The notes beneath the pieces were generated by a model. It saw only the letters and a program-made list of their open reading frames with translations. It ran no database searches and had not been told where the DNA came from. Positions 50,506 to 59,432 of a stretch of 64,000 nt of DNA are shown in pieces (position 1 is the stretch's first letter; every line of letters begins with the position of its first letter). The DNA is from Candidatus Omnitrophota bacterium (GTDB taxonomy: Bacteria; Omnitrophota; Gorgyraeia; Gygaellales; Profunditerraquicolaceae), in the NCBI GenBank assembly GCA_016783715.1, contig JADHWA010000001.1, positions 118-64,117 on the forward strand, given 5' to 3'. The position numbers and the translations under genes are program-made.

Positions 50506-52088
50506 ATTTTTATCGCCCTAACCTCTAGAATATTCTTGATCTTTTTGAGCTGTTTTAGGATATCCGCGGAAACCGGGGTATCGATATTCAAAACTGATAT
50601 TGACTTACCGCCGGGTTTATCCCGTCCGAAGGTCATTGCCGCAATATTAATATTGTGTTTAGCCAGCATACTCCCGAGATTTCCGATAATGCCGGGCAAA
50701 TCCCGGTTATGAATAACCAGCATAACCCCGCCAGGGGAAACCTCTACATAATAATTGTTGATCTTTACGATGCGCGGCTTCTTGTTTGCCGAAAGTGTCC
50801 CGGAGACCTTAAGTGTCTCCTTATCGGTCTTGATCTCCAATTCAACCAGAGTCACAAACTCCTGCTCTTTTGACAGCCTGGATTCCTTAATCGTAATACC
50901 CCTGCCGCTGGCAAGGCTGGTGGCATTGATAAAATTAACCGTCTCCTGTAATATAGGAAAGAGGACCCCTCTGACCGCAGCCATAGTCAAGGGGCTAAGC
51001 TCATATGTAGCTATCTCTCCGCCATAGCTTATATTTACCGTTTCTATCCTCCCGACTGCCAACTGCCCGCAGAAGTTACCTAATTTCTCCGCCAGGCTGA
51101 TATAGGGCTCTAGAACCTTGTATACCTCTGCCTCAAGACAGGGATAATTTGCCGCATTTCTGATTCCTTTTCCCAAGAGGGCATCGCGGACGATCTCTGC
51201 TACTTCGACTGCGACATTGACCTGTGCCTCCTCTGTAGAAGCGCCCAGGTGCGGGGTAACTACGATATTCTCCTGCTGTAAGAGCTGGCTATCTGCGGAT
51301 AACGGCTCCTTCTCGAAGACATCAATCGCCGCACCAGCTACTTTTTTGCTCTTGACTGCCTCAACCAGTGCTTTCTCATCGATAATTCCGCCCCGGGCGC
51401 AATTAACCAGCCGGACCCCGTCTTTCATTAAAGCAAATTCCTTGGTAGAGATCATATGTTTAGTCTCTTCGGTTAAAGGGGTATGCACGCTAATATAGTC
51501 GGAGCGCTTAAATAAATCCTTGAGCTCTACGATCTCAACGCCTAAGCTTTCAGCGACCTGCTTGGATAAAAAGGGATCATAGGCCAAGATCTTCATCCCG
51601 AATGATAAGGCCCTTTTAGCCACCTCTGAACCTATGCGTCCGAAACCGACTACTCCCAAGACCTTATTGTAAACCTCCACCCCCATGAATTTAGAGCGGT
51701 TCCATTCTCCTTTTTGCATAGAGGCATTTGCTTGAGGGATATTACGGGAGAGTGAAAGGATCATACTCATGGTATGCTCGGCGGTAGACATGGTATTCCC
51801 CGCCGGGGTATTCATCACGATAATCCCCTTTTGGGTTGCCGCTGCCAAATCTACATTATCTAATCCTACTCCGGCGCGGCCGATAACTTTCAGATTCCCT
51901 GCTGCCTCAATAACCTCTCTGGTTACCTTTGTGGCAGAGCGCACGATCAAGGCATCATAATCCTTTATCACCTTTACAAGCTGCTCGGGTGTCAACCCGG
52001 TATTGACATCAACCTTAAAGTCCTTCACCTCTTTTAAGACTTTAAGGCCGTTTTCAGACAGTTTATCGCTGACCAATATATTCATCAT
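50502..52088 (-). CDS. serA: D-3-phosphoglycerate dehydrogenase (with ACT domain)
   Basis: 2-hydroxyacid dehydrogenase GxGxxG, long C-terminal ASB/ACT. Confidence 0.85.
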   Translation of the reverse strand: MMNILVSDKLSENGLKVLKEVKDFKVDVNTGLTPEQLVKVIKDYDALIVRSATKVTREVIEAAGNLKVIGRAGVGLDNVDLAAATQKGIIVMNTPAGNTMSTAEHTMSMILSLSRNIPQANASMQKGEWNRSKFMGVEVYNKVLGVVGFGRIGSEVAKRALSFGMKILAYDPFLSKQVAESLGVEIVELKDLFKRSDYISVHTPLTEETKHMISTKEFALMKDGVRLVNCARGGIIDEKALVEAVKSKKVAGAAIDVFEKEPLSADSQLLQQENIVVTPHLGASTEEAQVNVAVEVAEIVRDALLGKGIRNAANYPCLEAEVYKVLEPYISLAEKLGNFCGQLAVGRIETVNISYGGEIATYELSPLTMAAVRGVLFPILQETVNFINATSLASGRGITIKESRLSKEQEFVTLVELEIKTDKETLKVSGTLSANKKPRIVKINNYYVEVSPGGVMLVIHNRDLPGIIGNLGSMLAKHNINIAAMTFGRDKPGGKSISVLNIDTPVSADILKQLKKIKNILEVRAIKI

Positions 52089-52117
52089 CCTACACTCCTT
52101 TAATGTTCCTGCAAAAA

Positions 52118-52232
52118 ACTCTAAACCCTAAATCCTAAACCCTAAATAAAATCCTAAATCCAAAACTCAAATTATTAAAAATAAAACTTTGGGTTTGTTT
52201 AGAGTTTAGTGTTTCGAACTTAGGATTTAAAA
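52118..52232. repeat. CCCTAAA-type heptamer repeats plus long imperfect inverted repeat between the serC-like gene and serA
   Basis: AACTCTAAACCCTAAATCCTAAACCCTAAAT.. pairs with ..GTTTAGAGTTTAG..TTAGGATTTAAA. Confidence 0.6.
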
Positions 52233-52235
52233 TCA

Positions 52236-53381
52236 TTATTCACCTTGCAAAAAGACTTCTTCGGCGGCTCGGACACCCGCGCCTAACTCGAATTTGTACC
52301 CCATCTGAGTAAGAACCTTCTCTAAGCAGCAGATACCGGCAATAATATCGAGCTCCTCAATAAAACCCATGTGGGCGATACGGAATATCTTTCCTTTAAG
52401 CTGGGCCTGTCCGCCGGCGATAGTTACCCCGTATTGATCGCGCATGGTCTTAACTAACTTTTCACCGTCTATCCCTTCGGGAACCCTTACGGCGGTTACC
52501 GCATCCGAGGCAGCATCGACACTGAGTAATTCCAGCCCTAAGGCCTTCATCGCCGTACGGGTGGCAACTGCCAGCCTCTTATGACGTGTAAAGATATTCT
52601 CTAATCCGTCTTTGCGCATAATCTTCAGGGCTTCCTTTAATGCAATCACCAGAGTAATCGCCGGAGTAAAGGCGGTATCAAACTTATCCAGCGCCTTCTT
52701 GGCGGCCTTTAAATTAAAATAGTATGCAGCAGCCTTATTGCCGTCTATTATCCCCCATGCTTTTTTTGAGACGCTCATAAAGGCAAGCCCTGGAGGAAGC
52801 ATTAATCCTTTTTGTGACCCTGAAACACAGATATCTACACCCCAGGCATCGGTCTTCATATCAATCGCTCCTAATCCGCTGATCGCATCTACGACTAACG
52901 CTGCCTGAGCCCCCTTGGCGATCTTGCCTATAGCCTGGATATCCGTTGTGACACCTGTAGAGGTCTCACAGAGTGTAGTGAACACCGCCTTAATCTTGGG
53001 ATTAGCCTTTAATTTTTTTTCTATCTCTTTGGGATCGACCGCCTGGCCCCACTCTACATCAATAACCTCCGCATTTATTCCGTAGGCCTTGGCAATCTCT
53101 GCCCATCTCTCGCCGAATTTTCCGCCCTGAACTGTTAAAACCGTATCCCCTTTGGAGGCCAGGTTCACAACCGCTGCCTCCATAGCTCCGGTGCCCGAAG
53201 ATGTCAATACAAAACAGTCATTTGCGGTCTGGAAGATAACTTTTAGCCCCTCACAGACCTCTTTGAATATCTCCTGGAAGTCAGGTGTGCGGTGATGGAT
53301 TATCGGCTGTGCCTGCGAGAGAAGCACCTCAGGAGGCAATGGCGTTGGCCCAGGCGTCAATAAATATTTCTTTTTCATCAT
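52236..53381 (-). CDS. class-V aminotransferase (phosphoserine or serine-glyoxylate type), probable SerC function
   Basis: PGPTPLPPEVL N-terminus, PLP-lysine region; adjacent to serA. Confidence 0.65.
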   Translation of the reverse strand: MMKKKYLLTPGPTPLPPEVLLSQAQPIIHHRTPDFQEIFKEVCEGLKVIFQTANDCFVLTSSGTGAMEAAVVNLASKGDTVLTVQGGKFGERWAEIAKAYGINAEVIDVEWGQAVDPKEIEKKLKANPKIKAVFTTLCETSTGVTTDIQAIGKIAKGAQAALVVDAISGLGAIDMKTDAWGVDICVSGSQKGLMLPPGLAFMSVSKKAWGIIDGNKAAAYYFNLKAAKKALDKFDTAFTPAITLVIALKEALKIMRKDGLENIFTRHKRLAVATRTAMKALGLELLSVDAASDAVTAVRVPEGIDGEKLVKTMRDQYGVTIAGGQAQLKGKIFRIAHMGFIEELDIIAGICCLEKVLTQMGYKFELGAGVRAAEEVFLQGE

Positions 53382-53394
53382 TACTATTCTCCTT

Positions 53395-53526
53395 CAATAA
53401 GCTGACCCAGCCCTTGCATGCAAGGGCGGGGTAGCATCTATTGTTTACCAATCTATTAAGCGTCTGCGCATTGAACCCAGCACCCAGTCTAGTATTTATA
53501 TTACTTGTTTGGGTGCGGGGTCATTT
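53395..53526. repeat. type-A repeat element (upstream of the serC-like gene)
   Basis: GTTTACCAATCTATTAAGCGTCTGCGCATTGAACCCAGCAC block about 85% identical to 48582-48625; ends GGGTGCGGGGTCATTT as at 5103-5120. Confidence 0.7.
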
Positions 53527-53555
53527 ACTTCTTCTTTTTCATATGAGCTATTACT

Positions 53556-53655
53556 TAAATGAGCACATCACTTAGCGAGCACTAGCGAAGCTAAGTGATA
53601 AGTGCGAATTAATCCCGGGACTCCATATCTTAATATGCGGAGGCCAGGGATCTTC
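53556..53655. repeat. type-B two-hairpin repeat element flanked by the 31-bp duplicated clpP 3' end
   Basis: TAAATGAGCACATCACTTAGCG..CGAAGCTAAGTGATAAGTGCGAATTAATCCCGGGACTCC..GGAGGCCAGGGATCT; the stem carries the compensatory pair AACT>CACT / AGTT>AGTG. Confidence 0.7.
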
Positions 53656-53662
53656 TCGTATT

Positions 53663-54277
53663 CTACTTCTTTTTCTTCATATGAGCTATTACTTCGTCTA
53701 CCAGCCCATAGGTCTTGGCTTCTTCTGCAGACATAAAATAATCCCTGTCAGTGTCCTTCTGAATCTTCTCCAGAGATTGTCCGGTATGCTGTGCGAGGAT
53801 CTGGTTAATCTTATCTTTCATTTTTAGTATTTCTTTGGCCTGTATCGATATGTCCGATGCCGCCCCCTGTACTCCGCCCCATGGTTGATGAATCATAACC
53901 CGCGAATTCGGCAGGGTATGGCGTTTCCCCTTGGTCCCGGCAGATAAAAGTAATGCCCCCATACTGGCAGCCTGGCCTACGCAGTAGGTAGCTACGTCAC
54001 ATTTTACAAACTGCATAGTATCGTATACCGCAAGACCTGCAGTCACCGAACCGCCGGGGGAATTTATATATATATTGATATCTTTATTTACATCTTCCAT
54101 CTGCAGAAAAAGCATCTGCGCGATAATCAGATTAGCTACGGTATCGTCAATCGGGGTACCGATAAAAACAATCCTGTCTTTTAGCAGGCGTGAATAGATA
54201 TCGTATGCCCGCTCATATCCCCGTGCAGTCTGCTCAATCACCATCGGAACTAAGACCTGCGCTTTTTCGCTACTCAT
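53663..54277 (-). CDS. clpP: ATP-dependent Clp protease proteolytic subunit
   Basis: Ser-His-Asp triad context [11 protein letters not shown]; the track N-terminal extension is rejected and the start is the ATG at 54277 (AGGAGG upstream). Confidence 0.9.
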   Translation of the reverse strand: MSSEKAQVLVPMVIEQTARGYERAYDIYSRLLKDRIVFIGTPIDDTVANLIIAQMLFLQMEDVNKDINIYINSPGGSVTAGLAVYDTMQFVKCDVATYCVGQAASMGALLLSAGTKGKRHTLPNSRVMIHQPWGGVQGAASDISIQAKEILKMKDKINQILAQHTGQSLEKIQKDTDRDYFMSAEEAKTYGLVDEVIAHMKKKK

Positions 54278-54288
54278 CCTACACCTCC

Positions 54289-54405
54289 TAAATGAGCCCC
54301 GCCCTTTTTTACCAATAAACAAATTATATTTTTTTAAGGTACAAAAGAGCGGGGCGAATTTATCCCGGGCAGCCATTTTTCCTTTCGTCAGCTGCGTGGG
54401 ATCTC
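54289..54405. repeat. type-B two-hairpin repeat element (tig stop to clpP start)
   Basis: TAAATGAGCCCCGCCCTTTT..AAAAGAGCGGGGCGAATTTATCCCGGGCAGCC..GCTGCGTGGGATCTC. Confidence 0.6.
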
Positions 54406-54448
54406 AAATAATATCAATAATAATATTCCTGGCGCCTCGTTAATCTGA

Positions 54449-55327
54449 CTATCCCTGCTGCCAATCAGCTTCCCTAAGCAGGAATTCGATCACCTTCTGC
54501 GGCATCTGGTCATTTACCTCTATATTCTCTTTTTTAGCTATATGTGCTAACACCAAATAATCCCTGACCTGCCTCTTTGCCTCCGGCTCCAGCTGCTGAC
54601 GCAGCTGCTTTTCCTGCTTATCTATCTCCTGGCGCTCCACACCCTTTAAGGCTAGATTTACTTTGGCCTGCCGTAACATCTCATCCTGATGCCTGCTTAC
54701 CATAACCTGAGGGATTTTAAGGTCCAGGTCTTTGGTGAGCCCTTCGATTAGATCCTTCTCTATTCTTTGCCTCTGCTGATTCTCCTTACGGATAAAGATC
54801 TGTCTCTCTAAAGCAGCCTTTAACTCCGCAAGATCAGGATAACCGATGCTTCTGGCGAAGCGGTCATCAATACTGTCGAGTTTCCTGGACTCCTTTAAGG
54901 CATCAAGGTCGCGCTTAAGCTCATCGGCTGCTACCTCAATCTTCTTATAATTGACTCTGATCCCCTTATATTTCTTTAACTGGATCTCCGGCATCACTTC
55001 AACCGTTGCGGTAAACTTTAGCTCATCTCGCTTAATATGTACGTCTGTTACCTGCGGCATCTCGATCACATCAAGCGCTTCAGCTTTTACCACTTCGTCA
55101 TAAACCTCAGGGATCAGATTCTTAAGCACAAGCTCTTGCGCGTGACCAGAGAAGTTTTTCTCTAAAATATCGCGAGGGGCATGCCCGGGCCTAAAACCCG
55201 GGATTTTGGCGCTCTTTGATATCTCGCCAAAGGCCTCTTCGAATTTATTCTTTATACGTTCACCGCTTACTTCGATATCGATCTGGCGTTTTGTACTATC
55301 AAGTTTCTTTACTTCTGACTTTGTCAT
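54449..55327 (-). CDS. tig: trigger factor, natural PPIase-less short form (N and C domains only)
   Basis: ribosome-binding GFRPGHAP signature; C-domain aligns to E. coli TF with the FKBP domain absent. Confidence 0.8.
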   Translation of the reverse strand: MTKSEVKKLDSTKRQIDIEVSGERIKNKFEEAFGEISKSAKIPGFRPGHAPRDILEKNFSGHAQELVLKNLIPEVYDEVVKAEALDVIEMPQVTDVHIKRDELKFTATVEVMPEIQLKKYKGIRVNYKKIEVAADELKRDLDALKESRKLDSIDDRFARSIGYPDLAELKAALERQIFIRKENQQRQRIEKDLIEGLTKDLDLKIPQVMVSRHQDEMLRQAKVNLALKGVERQEIDKQEKQLRQQLEPEAKRQVRDYLVLAHIAKKENIEVNDQMPQKVIEFLLREADWQQG

Positions 55328-55374
55328 TCCTTGTCTCCAGGTTTAATTGTTAGATATAATCAAAGGCTACAGTT

Positions 55375-55448
55375 GATTACACAGATTATAAAATAGATTA
55401 CTCAGATTAAAACTCTTATCTGCGTAATCTGAATTAATCTGTGTAATC
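55375..55448. repeat. GATTACA-box element (lptB to tig spacer)
   Basis: GATTACACAGATTA, GATTACTCAGATTA direct; TATCTGCGTAATC and TAATCTGTGTAATC inverted. Confidence 0.7.
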
Positions 55449-55457
55449 ATATTTAAC

Positions 55458-56180
55458 CTACATTTTAAATCTTTCACCTAGGTAGATTTCTCTGGCCTTG
55501 GGATTGTTGATCAGGTCGTCGGCGCTTCCTGCAATCAGGATCTTTCCCTCGGCGATCAGATAGGCCCGGTCAGTAATCGTCAGGGTCTCTCTGACATTAT
55601 GATCGGTAAGCAGTATCCCCAACCCCCTCTCTTTGAGCTCTTTGATGATCTCCTGAGCCTCATTGACCACGATCGGATCTATTCCTGAGAAAGGTTCATC
55701 GAGGAGGATAAACGACGGATTGGTTACCAGTGCCCGGGTTATCTCTAAACGCCTTCTTTCTCCTCCCGAGAGGGTAAATGCCTTATTCTTCCTTAAATAG
55801 GCGATGTTTAACTCATCTAAAAGGCTCTCCAGCCTGTTCTCTCTCTCCTTCTTGCTGATCGGAAGGGTCTCCAGGATCGCCATGATATTCTCTTCAACGG
55901 TGAGCTTACGAAAGATAGAAGCCTCCTGCGAAAGATATCCGATCCCGTAACGGGCACGCTCATGAATAGAGAGGTTGGTAATATCGCTATTATCGAAAGT
56001 AATCTTCCCGCTTTTAGGCGGTATAACTCCCACGATCATATAGAATGTGGTAGTCTTACCTGCTCCGTTAGGGCCAAGTAGACCTACGATCTCTCCGCGC
56101 TTTACTACTAAATCTACGCCTCTGACTACTTCCCTTCCGCCGTATGCCTTAGAGAGCCCTTTTACTTCGAGTAGATGCAT
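55458..56180 (-). CDS. lptB: LPS export ABC transporter ATP-binding protein
   Basis: GPNGAGKTT Walker A, LSGGERRRLEI signature. Confidence 0.85.
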   Translation of the reverse strand: MHLLEVKGLSKAYGGREVVRGVDLVVKRGEIVGLLGPNGAGKTTTFYMIVGVIPPKSGKITFDNSDITNLSIHERARYGIGYLSQEASIFRKLTVEENIMAILETLPISKKERENRLESLLDELNIAYLRKNKAFTLSGGERRRLEITRALVTNPSFILLDEPFSGIDPIVVNEAQEIIKELKERGLGILLTDHNVRETLTITDRAYLIAEGKILIAGSADDLINNPKAREIYLGERFKM

Positions 56181-56198
56181 ATTGCTCCTTCTATCTGG

Positions 56199-57128
56199 TT
56201 ATTGGCCCATAGCCTGGAAATCATCGGTTGAATAAATCAGCAGCTTCGGCCTTCCTGAAAGGATAACTTTGTTCTCCCCTACCGAATATACCGCCTCTTC
56301 GCTATAAGTTATATTATCGCCGCGCACTGTCTTGACATTATGCCTGGCGATTATCTTATCTATCTGGTTACCCATTATCATCGGGTCGCCGGTTGCATCC
56401 TCAGGCGCCTCCTTGGTGTCTTTAGAACTAAAATACAATTCCATGATTTCGCTATAGATCTGCGAATCCTCTCTGTCTACCTTTACATTATTATTAAAGA
56501 TAGCAACGTTCTTTTGATAGTCGATCTCCAGCGGACCATCGCAGGTAATCACGATCTTCTTAGCTTCGGATGAATCTCCTGCCGCTGCTCCCTCTATCTC
56601 CGGCGTGAACTCAACTAAGACCTCTTCCTCTAAGTTCATCTTGTTAAGGGCCATTTCTCCTCTTGCCCCGCGGCCCCGTGTAAACAAGTTCTGCCTTGTA
56701 ATGTTTACTACATCATCAGTTGAGACCACCGAGTTGCTTCTATCCCAATCCAGGGAATCAGTAGTAAGCTTGGCTCCGCTGGAGGTGGTAATCACCACAT
56801 CCTTCTCGACATGGATTCTACCGTTAGATCGGTCAAAATCACCTTCTTTAGCAGTAAGCTTGACATCCTCCTCTTTGCCGTAAAGGTTACCGGTAAGATC
56901 TTTTAGCTTAACCGTATTCTCGAATATATCGGCGGTTTTGCCGGAGAGATCCCAAGTCTTCTTCCCGCGCTCCCCGTAACCGGCGAGAGAAAAATCTCCG
57001 ATCTGCTGATCTGAATCATCGGCACTTTCTGCCTGCGCAAAAGTTGATCTTACCTCGAATCTGCCGCTAAGACACATTGATAATATCAGAGCAATAAAAA
57101 CAACTAAATTCTTCTTCGGGCTACTCAT
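56199..57128 (-). CDS. LptC/LptA-family (OstA-like) periplasmic LPS transport protein
   Basis: N-terminal anchor then beta-jellyroll-like repeats; sits between kdsC and lptB. Confidence 0.55.
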   Translation of the reverse strand: MSSPKKNLVVFIALILSMCLSGRFEVRSTFAQAESADDSDQQIGDFSLAGYGERGKKTWDLSGKTADIFENTVKLKDLTGNLYGKEEDVKLTAKEGDFDRSNGRIHVEKDVVITTSSGAKLTTDSLDWDRSNSVVSTDDVVNITRQNLFTRGRGARGEMALNKMNLEEEVLVEFTPEIEGAAAGDSSEAKKIVITCDGPLEIDYQKNVAIFNNNVKVDREDSQIYSEIMELYFSSKDTKEAPEDATGDPMIMGNQIDKIIARHNVKTVRGDNITYSEEAVYSVGENKVILSGRPKLLIYSTDDFQAMGQ

Positions 57129-57657
57129 AAGAGCTGATAACTTCCTGCCACTTGCCTTGCGCTTTCAGAATAAGCTCTGCCACTTCACGCACCGCTCCTC
57201 TGCCGCCGTGGCGGATGGTAATATAGGAGGCAGCGCGCTTTATCTCAGGACAGGCATTAAACACTGCTATAGGGAAACCCACTCTTTTCATTATACACAA
57301 ATCCACTAAGTCATCACCGACAAAGCAGATATCTTTAGCGCTAAGATGATACTTTTTTAAGATCTTCTCCAGTGCCAGAGTCTTTGGATGGAGACCAGCA
57401 AAGACCTCTTCAACCCTCATATCCCGGGCTCGCGGCTTAATAGTCCGGGAGCTTTTAGCTGTAACCAATATGGTTTTGACTCCGATCTTGCTTAAAAGAT
57501 ACACCCCTAAACCGTCATGGACGTCAAAGAACTTCAGGTCCCGTCCATGAGAATCATAGATTATCCGGCCGTCGGTGATTACCCCGTCGACATCCAGAAG
57601 CAATAGTTTAATATTCTTTGCCAGAGCTAATACGGATTGTTCGATCGCCAGAGCCAT
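57121..57657 (-). CDS. kdsC: 3-deoxy-D-manno-octulosonate 8-phosphate phosphatase
   Basis: HAD motif LLLLDVDGVITDG. Confidence 0.8.
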   Translation of the reverse strand: MALAIEQSVLALAKNIKLLLLDVDGVITDGRIIYDSHGRDLKFFDVHDGLGVYLLSKIGVKTILVTAKSSRTIKPRARDMRVEEVFAGLHPKTLALEKILKKYHLSAKDICFVGDDLVDLCIMKRVGFPIAVFNACPEIKRAASYITIRHGGRGAVREVAELILKAQGKWQEVISSYE

Positions 57658-57659
57658 TC

Positions 57660-58622
57660 TTAAATTATCCCCGCCTTTAATAGATCTTGAATGTCGAGAA
57701 GCCCCACCGGCTTACCGGATCGGTCCACTACCGGCAGTTCATCGATCTTCTTCTTTCTTAATATCCTCAAGGCGCCGGCAGCCAGCATTCCGGGGTTTAT
57801 GGTCGTGGGGGTCCTGGTCATCACTTCAGAGACCGGCCTTCTGACCAGATTTGGGTCTGTTTTTAGATGACGGCGCAGATCGCCATCAGTAAAGATCCCA
57901 ACCAGCTTCCCTTTATTATCTACGACAGAAGCACTCCCTGAGTGCCCATGAGTAATCTTTACCAACACCTCAGATACTAATTTATTCTTTTTTACTATCG
58001 GATTGTTATGACCTTTACGCATAATATCTTCAACCTTAAGAAGCAGCTTTCTCCCGAGTTGCCCGCCGGGATGATAAAACGCAAAGTCGCGCGCTTTGAA
58101 ACCTTTGGTCTCCAGCAAACAGACTGCCAGGGCATCGGTCATGGCAAGTGTCGCCGTAGTTGAGGCAGTGGGTGCTAGCCCCAGAGGACAGGCTTCCTTC
58201 TTTACCGAAACATCTAAAACTATATCGCTATAATTGGCCAGGTCTGAGTCAGGCGACCCGGTCAGCGCGATAATCTTAGAGCCGATCTGCTTCAAGAGAG
58301 GCAGAAGCTGCTTGATCTCTGAGCCGCTACCGCTGTTTGAGATAACAATAATCACATCATCGGCAGTTACCCTGCCTAAATCACCGTGGATAGCCTCGAC
58401 AGTATGCAAAAATAGACTGGGGGTACCCGTAGAGGCCAGGGTCGCCGAGAACTTCTGGGCGATGATGCCAGTCTTGCCCATCCCGCTAACCACCACCCTG
58501 CCTTTACTCTTTAAAATCAAAGAAAGTGCACCTTCAAAATTCTTCTTTATCCGCGGTTTCAAATCTCTGATCGCCGCCGCTTCAATATCTAAAACCTGTT
58601 TTGCGCGCTTGATAATATTCAT
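57660..58622 (-). CDS. kdsD: arabinose 5-phosphate isomerase (SIS plus tandem CBS)
   Basis: VVSGMGKTG SIS motif, CBS pair at the C-terminus. Confidence 0.85.
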   Translation of the reverse strand: MNIIKRAKQVLDIEAAAIRDLKPRIKKNFEGALSLILKSKGRVVVSGMGKTGIIAQKFSATLASTGTPSLFLHTVEAIHGDLGRVTADDVIIVISNSGSGSEIKQLLPLLKQIGSKIIALTGSPDSDLANYSDIVLDVSVKKEACPLGLAPTASTTATLAMTDALAVCLLETKGFKARDFAFYHPGGQLGRKLLLKVEDIMRKGHNNPIVKKNKLVSEVLVKITHGHSGSASVVDNKGKLVGIFTDGDLRRHLKTDPNLVRRPVSEVMTRTPTTINPGMLAAGALRILRKKKIDELPVVDRSGKPVGLLDIQDLLKAGII

Positions 58623-59431
58623 ATGGCTTGGCTGATTTTTTTGACCTGCTTTAAGAGCTTCTCTAAACTTTTAAGGTTAATCATATTCTGCCCGTCACAG
58701 AGTGCTTTATCCGGATTAGGATGAACCTCTAAAAAAAGCCCCTGACAGCCAAAAGCCGTCGCTGCTCTTGCGAGCCCGGATACAAATTCCCGCTGGCCTC
58801 CGGAAGAGCTCCCCCTGCCACCCGGCAACTGCACGCTATGGGTAGCATCATAGATAACCGGATAGCCGAAATCCTCGATAATCTTTAAGCTGCGCAGGTC
58901 TGAAACCAGATTATTATAACCGAAACAAACCCCCCGCTCGGTGATCATGATCTTCCTGTTTCCAGCTGATTCTATCTTGCGGATGATCGGCAGGATGTCA
59001 CAGGGAGAGAGGAATTGCCCCTTCTTAAGATTAATCACCTTGCCGGTTTTAGCGGCACTTACTACGATATCGGTCTGGCGACAGAGAAATGCCGGTATCT
59101 GAATGATATCCAACACACAAGCTGCATCTTTAATCTCCTTCTGACAGTGGATATCGCTGAGCACAGGCACACCTAATTCCTTCTTGACCTTATAAAGGAC
59201 ATCCAAACCTTTCTTTATCCCCGGCCCGCGGAAGGAATCCCCGGATAAGCGGTTGGCTTTATCAAAACTGGACTTAAATATAAAGGGAACTTTAAGGCGT
59301 CTGGTAATATCATATATCTTCTTTGCGGTCGAGAGAGTCATCGCCTCTGACTCGATTACGCAGGGGCCTGCAATCAGCACCAGAGGAGCATTCTTGCCGA
59401 TCTTTATCTTTCCGACTTTTATCTGGGTCAT
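58619..59431 (-). CDS. kdsA: 2-dehydro-3-deoxyphosphooctonate aldolase
   Basis: LIAGPCVIES, DAK family. Confidence 0.9.
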   Translation of the reverse strand: MTQIKVGKIKIGKNAPLVLIAGPCVIESEAMTLSTAKKIYDITRRLKVPFIFKSSFDKANRLSGDSFRGPGIKKGLDVLYKVKKELGVPVLSDIHCQKEIKDAACVLDIIQIPAFLCRQTDIVVSAAKTGKVINLKKGQFLSPCDILPIIRKIESAGNRKIMITERGVCFGYNNLVSDLRSLKIIEDFGYPVIYDATHSVQLPGGRGSSSGGQREFVSGLARAATAFGCQGLFLEVHPNPDKALCDGQNMINLKSLEKLLKQVKKISQAI

Positions 59432-59432
59432 C

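Noticed and set aside
52118-52170. Telomere or linear-replicon end suggested by CCCTAAA repeats
   Set aside because: There are only about 6 degenerate units, internal to an operon spacer and paired with an inverted partner. This is not a terminal array.
54289-54296. CTCATTTAGGAGG shared by the rpmE and clpP leaders as a specific regulatory box
   Set aside because: It is explained as the element terminus (TAAATGAG) abutting a canonical AGGAGG Shine-Dalgarno sequence. It is not counted separately.
53663-54376. Track N-terminal extensions: clpP to 54376, cdsA to 44145, coaE to 9390, rnhB to 25224, yraN to 24605, and MRS- starts on murA and cooF
   Set aside because: The extensions overlap upstream genes or are translations of the repeat element. 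Internal ATGs with RBS or ATGA coupling fit better. Start choices are still inferences.
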